Below, one piece after another: positions 21,530-30,630 of a stretch of 64,000 nucleotides of DNA (the first letter of the stretch is position 1; every line of letters begins with the position of its first letter). The translations under genes and the position numbers were made by a program. This DNA comes from Candidatus Melainabacteria bacterium (GTDB lineage Bacteria > Cyanobacteriota > Vampirovibrionia > Vampirovibrionales > JAJTHC01): NCBI GenBank assembly GCA_033763415.1, contig JANRKP010000029.1, positions 148,413 to 212,412 on the forward strand. Reading direction: 5' to 3'. Under the pieces are notes generated by a model. The model ran no database searches and had not been told where the DNA came from. It worked only from the letters and a program-made list of their open reading frames with translations.

Positions 21530-22756
21530 CTAGCCCATGGCCTTGCGCAGCGTAAAGCTAAACGTGGAGCCCTCGTTCGGGTTGCTTTCCACCCAAATAT
21601 CGCCGCCGTGAATTTGAACAATATGTTTCACAATGGACAAGCCCAGCCCCGTGCCGCCCTGATCGCGCGATCGGGCTTTATCCACCCGGTAAAACCGCTC
21701 AAACAGTCGAGGAATGTGTTTGGTTTCAATCCCGATGCCGGTATCGGCCACATCCACCTGAATGTAAGGCCCCACTTCAAACGCCGTTAGGGTCACCGTA
21801 CCGTGCTCCGGGGTGTATTTAATGGCGTTATCCACCAGGTTGGTGAACACTTGCTCCAGGCTGTTGGCATGCGCCAATACCTGGGGTAGGCCCGGTGAAA
21901 TTTTGGTGCGAATGGCAATGGCCTTGCCACTGGCATGTTCCAGGGCCAAAGTACGCACCCGCTCCAAGAAAGGCTCTAGCCGAACGGGCTCCAGATCGAG
22001 CTTGAAGTCCTGGGCCTCGAGTCGGGAGAGATCCAGTAGGTCTTCCACCAGGTTGGAGAGACGAATGGCATGGCGGTGAATGATCTCGATAAAATCGCGC
22101 GCAATCACCGGATCGCTCAGAGCACCATCCAGTAGCGTTTCTGCGTAGCCCTTTAACACACTCAGCGGCGTGCGTAGTTCGTGAGACACGTTGGCTACGA
22201 AGTCTCGCCGCATTTTTTCCGTGGTCTTCAACGGGGTGATATCCCTAAAAACGGCCAGGCAGCCCGTTACCTCCGCGTGACCTTCTTTGGTGAGCGGGGC
22301 AATTTGAATTTGAAACGATTTTTTGGGTCGGCTGGGACTAATGGCCACCTGAATTTCTCGGGAAACCGAATGGCCACGGGCCAACACCTCTGCCACGACC
22401 CCCTCTAGTTCCAGGCCGTGCATGGCTTCTCGGCCCGGGATTTTACCAATCAGCGATTTGGTGCAGCCGGGCAACTCCAGCATGTCGCACACGGCTTGGT
22501 TAGTCCACTGCAACCGGCCTTGGGCATCGCACACAAACACGCCATCGCCCATTTCGCGCAGAACGCGCATTAACGGATTTTCCGATTCCTCCAGCAAGAA
22601 AGGCAGTAGCGAGAGGGTGGAAAAAGGAGCGGCGGTTGCCTTGGGAGTGACCCATTCCGATAAAAGCTCGCCCTGGCCTAACACACCTTCTGATGTATTT
22701 TGGAACGGAAGGGTCATCTCTGAGGGATCAAGGTGGGTTGTCATCGGCGTTGTCAT
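21530..22756 (-). CDS. sensor histidine kinase (PAS + HisKA + HATPase_c; PhoR-like)
   Basis: H-box 'SHELRTPL', N/G boxes 'NLVDNAIKYT' and 'DTGIGI...GTGLGLSIVK'. The start is chosen at an internal Met because the track ORF overlaps the upstream regulator by 95 nt. Confidence 0.85.
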   Translation of the reverse strand: MTTPMTTHLDPSEMTLPFQNTSEGVLGQGELLSEWVTPKATAAPFSTLSLLPFLLEESENPLMRVLREMGDGVFVCDAQGRLQWTNQAVCDMLELPGCTKSLIGKIPGREAMHGLELEGVVAEVLARGHSVSREIQVAISPSRPKKSFQIQIAPLTKEGHAEVTGCLAVFRDITPLKTTEKMRRDFVANVSHELRTPLSVLKGYAETLLDGALSDPVIARDFIEIIHRHAIRLSNLVEDLLDLSRLEAQDFKLDLEPVRLEPFLERVRTLALEHASGKAIAIRTKISPGLPQVLAHANSLEQVFTNLVDNAIKYTPEHGTVTLTAFEVGPYIQVDVADTGIGIETKHIPRLFERFYRVDKARSRDQGGTGLGLSIVKHIVQIHGGDIWVESNPNEGSTFSFTLRKAMG

Positions 22757-22775
22757 CCCTCCAACCGTGGTACTG

Positions 22776-23498
22776 CTAGGCCGACTGACTGGCGTTGGCC
22801 GCATGGGGCAACCGGTTGGTAAGCAGGCGGTAACCAATGCCACGAACCGTTTCCAGGCTGTCTCGGGCAATGCCCAGCTTGGCCCGAAGCCTTTTTACGT
22901 GGGCGTCCACCGTACGATCCAGGACCTCGGTGGCCGACTCTTCCCAAACATCCACCAGAAGCTGCTCGCGCGTTCTGACCACGTTGGGGTGCCTCGCCAG
23001 TGTGAGTAAAATACGATATTCAATCGGCGTCAACCGAACTTCTTCCTCGGCGATAAAAACCCGGTACTCCTCGGGCACAATGCGAATGGGGCCGATATGA
23101 ATAATGGGTGGCGGCGTACTGCCGGAACGACCCAACATGGCCTTGACCCGTAACACCAGCTCTCTAGGGCTGAACGGTTTGGTCACATAGTCGTCGGCGC
23201 CGTGTTCAAAGCCAGCAATGCGGTCCTGTTCGGCAGAACGGGCCGTTAGCATTAAAATGGCGGGGACTTTATCCAGACCCTGGGCCTGTTTAATTTGTTG
23301 ACACAGCCGTAAGCCCGGCGTATCCGGCAGCATCAGATCCAAAATCACCAAATCCGGCCGCTTGTTCCAAACTAAATCCAGCGCAGAACTGCCATCGTAG
23401 GCGTAGAGAACGGTAAAACCTTCGTGCTCCAGGTTGTAACGCACCAAACGCACCAAATCTTGCTCATCATCCACCACAAGAATTTTGGGATTTACCAC
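22776..23498 (-). CDS. OmpR/PhoB-family response regulator
   Basis: REC domain 'ILVVDDEQDLVRLV...DLVILDLMLPD' plus a winged-helix output 'VRLTPIEYRILLTLARHPNVVRTREQL'. Confidence 0.9.
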   Translation of the reverse strand: MVNPKILVVDDEQDLVRLVRYNLEHEGFTVLYAYDGSSALDLVWNKRPDLVILDLMLPDTPGLRLCQQIKQAQGLDKVPAILMLTARSAEQDRIAGFEHGADDYVTKPFSPRELVLRVKAMLGRSGSTPPPIIHIGPIRIVPEEYRVFIAEEEVRLTPIEYRILLTLARHPNVVRTREQLLVDVWEESATEVLDRTVDAHVKRLRAKLGIARDSLETVRGIGYRLLTNRLPHAANASQSA

Positions 23499-24337
23499 AA
23501 GCGTTGTTGACCTCCAAGGGCTGTAAAGGCAGAGGTTTGGGCAAAAGAAGGGGCAGGGGGCATCGCGGCGCTGGGGGCAGACGAGAAAGCCACCACCGGA
23601 TGATGCGCATTTAAAGCCGCCGGGGCTCCCCCGGTGCGAAGCCCTGGGGCGCTTAAGCCCACGGCCGCAGCCGGACTGATTACAGAAAGACGCTGGCCCG
23701 GGGTTGCCATCATATTACCACGATTGTAATAACTTCCAAATTGAGGCAGTACCCTTTCCCCAGTCGCGTTATCGGCAACAACGGCTTGCCGAATATTAGA
23801 AATCGCTCCGGCCAGGGTCTGCACAAAGCGATTCATTGCATCAATAGATTGTGTGTTTTCAAGCGATTCGGCTTTTGCCATCTGCTGCAATTCAAGCTCT
23901 CGCTCGTGCGCCGCTTCTCGTCGGCCCATATTGTTTCCCACCACTTCGGAAAACGCATATGAAGGCCCGGCAACCCCGGCAAAGTTCAAGGCATACCCCA
24001 CGCTTTGCTCTGTAAACACACCAAGCTTTTTAAGCCCCGCTGGCATGGCTTCCACTAAATCTTTGGCCATTTGGTTGAACACGTTACGACCAATTGCCTT
24101 GTGGGTTACCGCTGCCAAGCCAAACGTGGTAAGCAACACGGCGCTTTCACGAACCACCAGAGCCTTCTGGTTATCGTTGCCCGTATTAAACCGCAGCCGG
24201 AACATGGACCCGATGCTTTTTTGCGCTGCCACCAACCCGGCAATAAATAACGATTCTCCCCAGCCTTTTTGAGTGGCCAGACGGCGACCCGCATCCAGGA
24301 GGACTTCGCCTGCCTTGAATAACGCATTGGGAGCCAT
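23492..24337 (-). CDS. hypothetical protein, upstream of and 8 nt overlapping the response regulator
   Basis: ORF only. The start is uncertain; the track gives 24463 and an internal Met lies at 24337. Confidence 0.35.
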   Translation of the reverse strand: MAPNALFKAGEVLLDAGRRLATQKGWGESLFIAGLVAAQKSIGSMFRLRFNTGNDNQKALVVRESAVLLTTFGLAAVTHKAIGRNVFNQMAKDLVEAMPAGLKKLGVFTEQSVGYALNFAGVAGPSYAFSEVVGNNMGRREAAHERELELQQMAKAESLENTQSIDAMNRFVQTLAGAISNIRQAVVADNATGERVLPQFGSYYNRGNMMATPGQRLSVISPAAAVGLSAPGLRTGGAPAALNAHHPVVAFSSAPSAAMPPAPSFAQTSAFTALGGQQRLW

Positions 24338-24624
24338 AATCAACGTGAATCCTCGTGGAAGACGGATAGAATAAACGGGGGGAACGGACTTTGGCGACAA
24401 GTACAGTAACCTTATGAGCCGAATCCTAAGATAGTTGTGTGACGATCCAATGACATCCGGCATGCCCGGGGCCGGAATGCTTCAAATTGCGCAATGCCTT
24501 GTTACAGACGACAACCCTCGTAAAGCGGCGCGCCACGCCAAAGGAAAGCGGCTTTACAGGCCTCAGGGTGAGGGCTTACAGGCCGGTTACTCCTACAGAA
24601 AAATGACGGTCTCTCGACCAAACT

Positions 24625-25152
24625 CTACGACACGGACACTTCACCGGGGGCGTCGTCCACCGGTTGGCCGCGACGGCGAATGAGATCGGTTTTCAGTGAG
24701 TCAATCCGATCGATCATCAAAACGCCCTCTAAGTGATCCAGCTCGTGCTGAATGGCAATGGCCTCTAAGTCCGCCACGGTATAGCAAATGGGCTCGCCAT
24801 TCTCGTTAACCGCCTCTACAGTCAGGCGCGTCGCCCGCTTGGAGTTCACCAGATAATCTGGAAAGCTCAAACAGCCTTCGCGCACACTTTTATTGCGAGA
24901 CTGTTTGACGATGTGAGGATTGATGAGAATTTTTAACTCGCTCTGGGTGGTCTTGGCCGTAATATCCATAATAAACAGCCGCAGCGGCACACCCACCTGG
25001 GGGGCCGCCAGCCCTACCGCGCCAGGGTGCTGGTACATGGTTTCCACCATATCCGCAACCAAGGCCCTCAGTTCGGAATCGAACCGAACCACTGGCTCAC
25101 AGACGGCTCTTAAAACAGGGTGAGGGTACTTGTAGACCTTTAAAATGGCCAT
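24625..25152 (-). CDS. def: peptide deformylase
   Basis: 'GVGLAAPQVG', 'EGCLSFP' and 'HELDHLEG' are the three Def motifs. Confidence 0.92.
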   Translation of the reverse strand: MAILKVYKYPHPVLRAVCEPVVRFDSELRALVADMVETMYQHPGAVGLAAPQVGVPLRLFIMDITAKTTQSELKILINPHIVKQSRNKSVREGCLSFPDYLVNSKRATRLTVEAVNENGEPICYTVADLEAIAIQHELDHLEGVLMIDRIDSLKTDLIRRRGQPVDDAPGEVSVS

Positions 25153-25252
25153 TGGGGCGAGGAATCCAAGGCGGCTTTTTGTATTAACCAGTGTGAAACG
25201 TCAATCATATTGAGAAAAATCTTTATGCTAGCAACTAAAAGTAACGACGGGT

Positions 25253-25843
25253 CTAAAAAACAGCCGCCTCAATTTCACGGACCTGAATTTCAACCGAAAT
25301 GGCCTTGGCCAGCGAGGCCAGCGATTGCTTCAGCGTTTCTGAAGCGAGAGCCGCCGGAGCTTCGACCTCTAACATCATGAGGTACACCGGACTGTCCTCT
25401 CCTTCAATAATGCGGGCGTTGAGATCGGTAATGTTTACCTGCAACTGGCTTAGGTGTTGCGCAACCTGGTGGGTAATGCCCGTACGGTCGCGTCCGGCCA
25501 CGGAAATGAGGTAGGGCTGAGCACCGTTTTTGGGTCCTTGTGCCGGGCTCACTGGGTTAAAGTCTTCATTGAGCAGTTTGGCCACCAACGTTAAGCCAAC
25601 CCGCTCCTCCACCGCCTGTAGGGCAGACTGAATGGCGGGCAGGCTGATTGTGACCGGAACGGAAATGATCAAAATCATGGCGAACTCGTGGGCCAGCCGC
25701 GTCATGGTGGAATCTTCAATATTGCACTCGAACTGGCAAAGCACTTCGGCCAGCGCCGCCACCATGCCGGGCCGATCGTGACCGACACCACTGACCACTA
25801 CTTTGTAATAGGAAGACGACATGGGCTCAGGGGATTCCTCCAA
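25253..25843 (-). CDS. tandem ACT-domain protein (GcvR-like)
   Basis: Two ACT-like repeats ('VVVSGVGHDRPGMVAALAEVL', 'LISVAGRDRTGITHQVAQHL'), 196 aa. Confidence 0.55.
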   Translation of the reverse strand: MEESPEPMSSSYYKVVVSGVGHDRPGMVAALAEVLCQFECNIEDSTMTRLAHEFAMILIISVPVTISLPAIQSALQAVEERVGLTLVAKLLNEDFNPVSPAQGPKNGAQPYLISVAGRDRTGITHQVAQHLSQLQVNITDLNARIIEGEDSPVYLMMLEVEAPAALASETLKQSLASLAKAISVEIQVREIEAAVF

Positions 25844-25964
25844 GCGTGTAGGCTAGGGTTTGTTCTTGGGCTATAGGGCTTTTGTTGTGACGCGCGGGCA
25901 GGCAAGGGCCAACACAATGTGTCTGTGTATTTGTAAAACATCCTAGCAGGAATAGCGCGCCGCG

Positions 25965-27119
25965 TTAAGAGGGCTTGCCCGGTTTAAAGTAGCTTTTCGG
26001 GTCTAGTACGTCTCGCACGGCATCGCCTACCACGTTAAAGGCCAGTACGGCCACAAAAATTAAAAATCCGGGGGCGAGCATCCACGGGCGGGTAATCAGG
26101 TTGTTAATGTCTTGGGCGTCTTTCAGCATGTTGCCCCAACTGGCATCTGGCTGCTGAATGCCAAGCCCCAAAAAACTAAGGCCGGATTCTGCCAAAATGT
26201 AGCCCGGCACGCCAATCGTCATGGCCACAATGACGTAACTGGCCGTTTGGGGCAACACGTGGCGAATGACAATCCAGGCGTCCGCCATGCCTAGGGCGCG
26301 GGCTGCTTCCACAAACTCCTGGTTTTTAATGGAAAGCACCATGCCCCGCACCACGCGGCTTAAACCTGCCCAGCCCACAAAGGCCAAAATGGCTACCACC
26401 AACGCAAACCGAAGCGTACTCGGCATATTGGCCGGTAAAATGGCGGCCATGCTAATCAGTAAATACAACGTGGGGATCGACATCAGCACTTCGGCCACAC
26501 GCATCATGGCAGTGTCTATCCAGCCGCCCCAGTAGCCGGAAATACCGCCGTACAACAACCCGAGCGGAAAGGCGATAAACAGACTTAAAAACCCAATGGT
26601 CAAAGAAATTCTGCCGCCAAACAGCAGGCGCGAAAAATGATCGCGACCGTGCATATCCAACCCCAGCAGGGCAACCCACCCGGGCGACGCAACCCCAAAC
26701 AGGTGCACGTTACTTGGAATAAGCCCAAACAGCCTATACGGCGTACCTTGGCAAAAGAACTCAATGGGGTAGGGCTTTTCGGTATCCGGGGTAAAAACGT
26801 ACTGGTAGCGGTTGCGATCGAACGTTTTTTTACTGCCCAGCACATAAGGCCAGGTCCACTGGCCGGTTTTTCCATCAATCATGTAAATGGCGCTCGGTGG
26901 GGCGTTGGCCACATCGCGCCGGTCCCAATGCTTACCGTAGGGTGCTAAAAAATCTGCAAAGCCCACGGCCAGGTACAACAAAACCAGCACTAACACGGCG
27001 GCCCCGGCAATTTTATCCTGCCGAAGCTTTTGCCACAGTTGCGCAAAGGTGCCCGCCATTGTGGCGGGCTGTGGTTTTTCGACCGTGCTAGACGGGGTGG
27101 TGGGGTTCAACTGGCTCAT
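25965..27119 (-). CDS. ABC transporter permease (DppC/OppC family)
   Basis: 6 TM segments with the EAA-loop region 'ARALGMADAWIVIRHVLPQT' and a long N-terminal periplasmic extension. Confidence 0.82.
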   Translation of the reverse strand: MSQLNPTTPSSTVEKPQPATMAGTFAQLWQKLRQDKIAGAAVLVLVLLYLAVGFADFLAPYGKHWDRRDVANAPPSAIYMIDGKTGQWTWPYVLGSKKTFDRNRYQYVFTPDTEKPYPIEFFCQGTPYRLFGLIPSNVHLFGVASPGWVALLGLDMHGRDHFSRLLFGGRISLTIGFLSLFIAFPLGLLYGGISGYWGGWIDTAMMRVAEVLMSIPTLYLLISMAAILPANMPSTLRFALVVAILAFVGWAGLSRVVRGMVLSIKNQEFVEAARALGMADAWIVIRHVLPQTASYVIVAMTIGVPGYILAESGLSFLGLGIQQPDASWGNMLKDAQDINNLITRPWMLAPGFLIFVAVLAFNVVGDAVRDVLDPKSYFKPGKPS

Positions 27120-27148
27120 CTTCTAAGGGGATCCATACTCCTGTGGCA

Positions 27149-28192
27149 TTAGGCCAAACCCACCCGCGGATCCACCCAGTGTAGCAGTAAATCCGCCAGT
27201 AAATTGCCAACAATCAGCATCAGGCACGATAGCACCAGCGAAGCCATCACCAGGTTGGCATCGCCCTGAATGGCCGCCTGATAGGTAAGAAAACCCAGGC
27301 CGGGATAATTTAAGACGGTTTCAATCAGCACAGTGCCAGATAGCATTGCCGCCAATTCGTAACCCAGCATGGTCACCAAGGGGTTAATGGCGTTACGCAC
27401 CGCGTGCTTGTAAATCACTAGCCATTCCGGCAGGCCTTTGGCTCTGGCCGTTTTTACGTATTCCGCCTGGAGCACATCGAGTAAGTTGCCGCGCATTTGG
27501 CGCATTAGCCCGGCAATGCCAGAAAACCCCAGAACCGCCACCGGCAGTACCAAATGATGGGCCATATCCAGCAGTTGTTCCGGGAAAGACAGACTGGAAA
27601 AATGGCTGCTGGTGAGCCCTCCTACCGGAAACCACCCGGTTTGAACCGCCAACATGGCCAAAATGAGCGCCAACACAAAGCCAGGAAACGCCATACCAAT
27701 GGAAGAAAAAAGGGTCAGGAGCCTATCGGCAGCTGAGCGCCAGTAAATGGCGGCGTATACACCCAGCGGAATGGCCAGCCCCCACGTAACCAGCATACTG
27801 AGCAGGTTGAGCAATAATGTGTTGCCTGAGCGGCTTGCCAGCAAAGTGGCCACATTTTCGCCCTTGTTGGTTTGGCCCAAATCCAACTGAATGAAATGGG
27901 TTAGCCAGCGCCAATACTGCACGAGCAAGGGCTGATCCAGCCCCAGGCGTTCTTCTTCCTTGGCCAAAGCTTGCGGAGAAATTTGAGGGTTTTGCCTTAA
28001 ATCCGCCAGCGGATCAATGGGTTGTTTAAGTTCCACGCGTTCCAGCAGCCGAATGGGGCCACTGGCGGTGGGTATTTCAATGGGTCCCAGCGCAATGTGA
28101 TATCGCATTAAAAAAAAGCCAATAATAGAGACGGCCAGCACGGTTGGCAACGCCTGGGCGACCCGCTTTAAAATGTAAATGGCCAAGGACAT
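27149..28192 (-). CDS. ABC transporter permease (DppB/OppB family)
   Basis: N-terminal 'MSLAIYILKRVAQALPTVLAVSII' and the EAA motif 'YVKTARAKGLPEWLVIYKHAVRNA'. It lies 30 nt upstream of the partner permease. Confidence 0.85.
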   Translation of the reverse strand: MSLAIYILKRVAQALPTVLAVSIIGFFLMRYHIALGPIEIPTASGPIRLLERVELKQPIDPLADLRQNPQISPQALAKEEERLGLDQPLLVQYWRWLTHFIQLDLGQTNKGENVATLLASRSGNTLLLNLLSMLVTWGLAIPLGVYAAIYWRSAADRLLTLFSSIGMAFPGFVLALILAMLAVQTGWFPVGGLTSSHFSSLSFPEQLLDMAHHLVLPVAVLGFSGIAGLMRQMRGNLLDVLQAEYVKTARAKGLPEWLVIYKHAVRNAINPLVTMLGYELAAMLSGTVLIETVLNYPGLGFLTYQAAIQGDANLVMASLVLSCLMLIVGNLLADLLLHWVDPRVGLA

Positions 28193-28577
28193 CGGGCGTT
28201 TTGGTTCCCACTCCGTTAAAAAACACTACTAGTACACGTCGAGTGTCTGTGTTGCTGGGTCTCTTCTCAACGCAGCGCTTGTCACTCCTAGAGGCAATGC
28301 GTGCCGTTTGTTCCCAGGCAAATGTGTGTTTATCATACACCGTTGGGTCGTCTCTGTGGTATTTGTTTTTTAATACCACCGATGTGGTTTTTGGGCTGTA
28401 ATGGTACGATAGAAGCCCAAAGCGTTCTTGCCTCCTGCGCATTCATCTCCTGCATCCATTGGGTCCGCCAGGCCAACGCCTAACCTTTTGGTTGGCAAGG
28501 CCCATTGGCAAAAAGGCTTGGCAAAGAGGCGTTGAGCACACACGCAATGAGACACAGCCACCTCGGTCAGGATTCAG

Positions 28578-29555
28578 ATGTCTTCCACGTTTAAAGAGAA
28601 ACTGCAACAGCAACAGCCCGTACTCACGGTGGAGCTTTCCCCGCCCAAAGGGGTGAATGTGGAGCCACTTTTGCGACGGGCGCAGGTTTTGGCCCCTTGG
28701 GTGGATGCCATTAATGTGCCGGACTGTCAGCGCGCCATTTTAAAAATGAGTTCCTTGGCCACCTGCCAGCGAATAGAACAGGCCACCGGGGTGGAAACCG
28801 TTTGGCAGCTCACGTGTCGGGATCGAAACCTCATCGCACTGCAATCGGACCTGTTGGGCGGCTACGCCTTGGGCTTGCGTAACGTGTTGGCCCTCACCGG
28901 CGATCCGGTGCAGGTGGGCGACCAAAACCCGCTGGCCAAACAGGTCTTTCATCTGGAAGCGGTTCGTCTACTGGGCCTGTTGGGTAAACTCAATCAGGAT
29001 TTGGACGCCACGGGCAAGCCGCTCAAATCCGGGGGGCCTCGGTTTACGGTGGGCAGTGCGCTCAACCCGTTTCGTTTAAACAGCAGTGCGCAACTGGCAC
29101 GCTTAAAACTCAAAATGGAACAAGGCATCGACTTCTTCCAGACTCAGCCCGTCTATCAGCCCGCCTACGCAGAGCAAACCCTGGTGGCAGTGTATGAGGT
29201 GGCACAACAGCTTGGGTGTCCGCCCCCACGGGTGCTGGTGGGCATTATTCCACCCAAATCGGCGGAGATGGCCCGTTTTTTAAACCAGGCGGTGGCCGGG
29301 GTTCAAATTCCCCAGCGGGTGATCGATCTGTTGGAGCGCGCCGACGACCCCGTGGCCGAAAGCCTGAAGGTGTGCGAAGAAATTATTGAGCGCCTGGCGC
29401 CATTTGTGAATGGCTTCCATATTATGCCGGTGGCGGTGGAAGGTCGGGTGTTGCCACTGGTAGAAGCCGTGGCCAAGCATTTGGGCATCCAGCCCTCTCA
29501 ACACGGCAAGCTCCCTCAAACTGAGGATACGGTGGCGGTGGCGCAATCGCTATAA
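28578..29555 (+). CDS. metF: 5,10-methylenetetrahydrofolate reductase (MetF family)
   Basis: 'VLTVELSPPKG', 'RNVLALTGDP' and 'GIDFFQTQPVY' match MetF family blocks. Confidence 0.8.
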   Translation: MSSTFKEKLQQQQPVLTVELSPPKGVNVEPLLRRAQVLAPWVDAINVPDCQRAILKMSSLATCQRIEQATGVETVWQLTCRDRNLIALQSDLLGGYALGLRNVLALTGDPVQVGDQNPLAKQVFHLEAVRLLGLLGKLNQDLDATGKPLKSGGPRFTVGSALNPFRLNSSAQLARLKLKMEQGIDFFQTQPVYQPAYAEQTLVAVYEVAQQLGCPPPRVLVGIIPPKSAEMARFLNQAVAGVQIPQRVIDLLERADDPVAESLKVCEEIIERLAPFVNGFHIMPVAVEGRVLPLVEAVAKHLGIQPSQHGKLPQTEDTVAVAQSL

Positions 29556-29712
29556 TCCTTCACAGGGGTGCTAAGAGGTCTGTCTTCATTCCAAAATTCC
29601 TGTCACGCCCACCCTTTGGGTTTTGCCAGGATGTTCACCGAGATGTTCGATAACACGGAGATTGGGTTGGATGTTTGTGCTGAATCGTTTGTTGAAATTG
29701 CAGCGAAATACA

Positions 29713-30282
29713 ATGTTAGGTCTCCTGCTATTGGCCGCAAGTTGTTCTTTGGCAACACTATTGCCGCTTGCTTGGGCCAACGAACTCAGCGGTCACGACG
29801 ATGGCGGGCTACGCTCTGGCTCTCCGTCACATCACCCCCCCGTGCGGCTCTATGTGATTAACCCTGATTTTCCGCCTGCCCGTTTTTCAGACTATCCCCT
29901 GCCACCGGTGGAAGAAACGCGCTTTTGGCAACTGCTCGATACCGCATTGGATAAAACTCAAACGCTCACCCTGACCGAAAATATCGAGCAGGCCGATTAT
30001 CGCGTCGAGTTATTGTGCACAGGCATTACCTATTGCAGCAAGCTTCAGGTCAATGTGTACAGCCCACAACGAGACGCCTTGGCCTCCTATCAGCTAAAGG
30101 TGCGCCGCTACCCCTGGCAGTCTTTCGATCTGGCTCGGACCGCTTCTGTTCTCGGCAGCACACTCACCGAGCGCGTGGCTTTGCTCCAGCAGGGAGGCGT
30201 GGGTAGCTTTGGAATTGAAGGCAGCGCACTTCCCTTACGGCAGTCGTCTGGGGCGGCTTCTCGGAAACACCAAACCCCCTAA
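29713..30282 (+). CDS. hypothetical secreted protein
   Basis: Signal peptide 'MLGLLLLAASCSLATLLPLAWA'. The track ORF starts 30 codons earlier. Confidence 0.4.
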   Translation: MLGLLLLAASCSLATLLPLAWANELSGHDDGGLRSGSPSHHPPVRLYVINPDFPPARFSDYPLPPVEETRFWQLLDTALDKTQTLTLTENIEQADYRVELLCTGITYCSKLQVNVYSPQRDALASYQLKVRRYPWQSFDLARTASVLGSTLTERVALLQQGGVGSFGIEGSALPLRQSSGAASRKHQTP

Positions 30283-30434
30283 TTATCTTCTTGGTGTTTC
30301 TGGCGAAAGCACTGTAAAAAACATTGAGTTGCGCTTGTGACCACACAGGTGCTTGCACCGCTTGGTTTTGGCTGACAGCAAGCGCCTCTTACCTATATGG
30401 CGGCATCGTTAACCCCTCAGCGATGCTTTGAAAA

Positions 30435-30520
30435 TGGTGGGCGAGAAGGGACTCGAACCCCCACGGTTTGCACCACTGGTTCCTAAGACCAGCGCGTCTA
30501 CCATTCCGCCACTCGCCCAC
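30435..30520 (-). tRNA. tRNA-Leu (anticodon UAG), genomically encoded CCA
   Basis: The reverse complement GTGGGCGAGTGGCGGAATGGTAGACGCGCTGGTCTTAGGAACCAGTGGTGCAAACCGTGGGGGTTCGAGTCCCTTCTCGCCCACCA folds as a cloverleaf. The acceptor stem is 7 bp, the anticodon loop is CTTAGGA (TAG), and it has the long variable arm and T-loop GGTTCGAGTCC. Confidence 0.85.
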
Positions 30521-30630
30521 ACGGGTTGGCAGGGGGCTATCTTAGCACGGCAAGGCAACGGAAACCAAGCCATCGGCAACCTTGACTCATCAGTCGCGCA
30601 ACACTCCGTAACGCATGGCAACACGGAGGC

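Noticed and set aside
28193-28577. SAM-I (S-box) riboswitch upstream of metF
   Set aside because: Only a 7-bp AT-rich hairpin (tggtatt-N8-aatacca, about 28360..28382) was found. No S-box conserved helices or kink-turn motifs are recognisable.
30283-30434. Integration hotspot or mobile element next to tRNA-Leu
   Set aside because: No integrase, direct-repeat duplication of the tRNA 3' end, or compositional shift is evident in the flanks. The region is bounded by ordinary M16 peptidase and secreted-protein genes.
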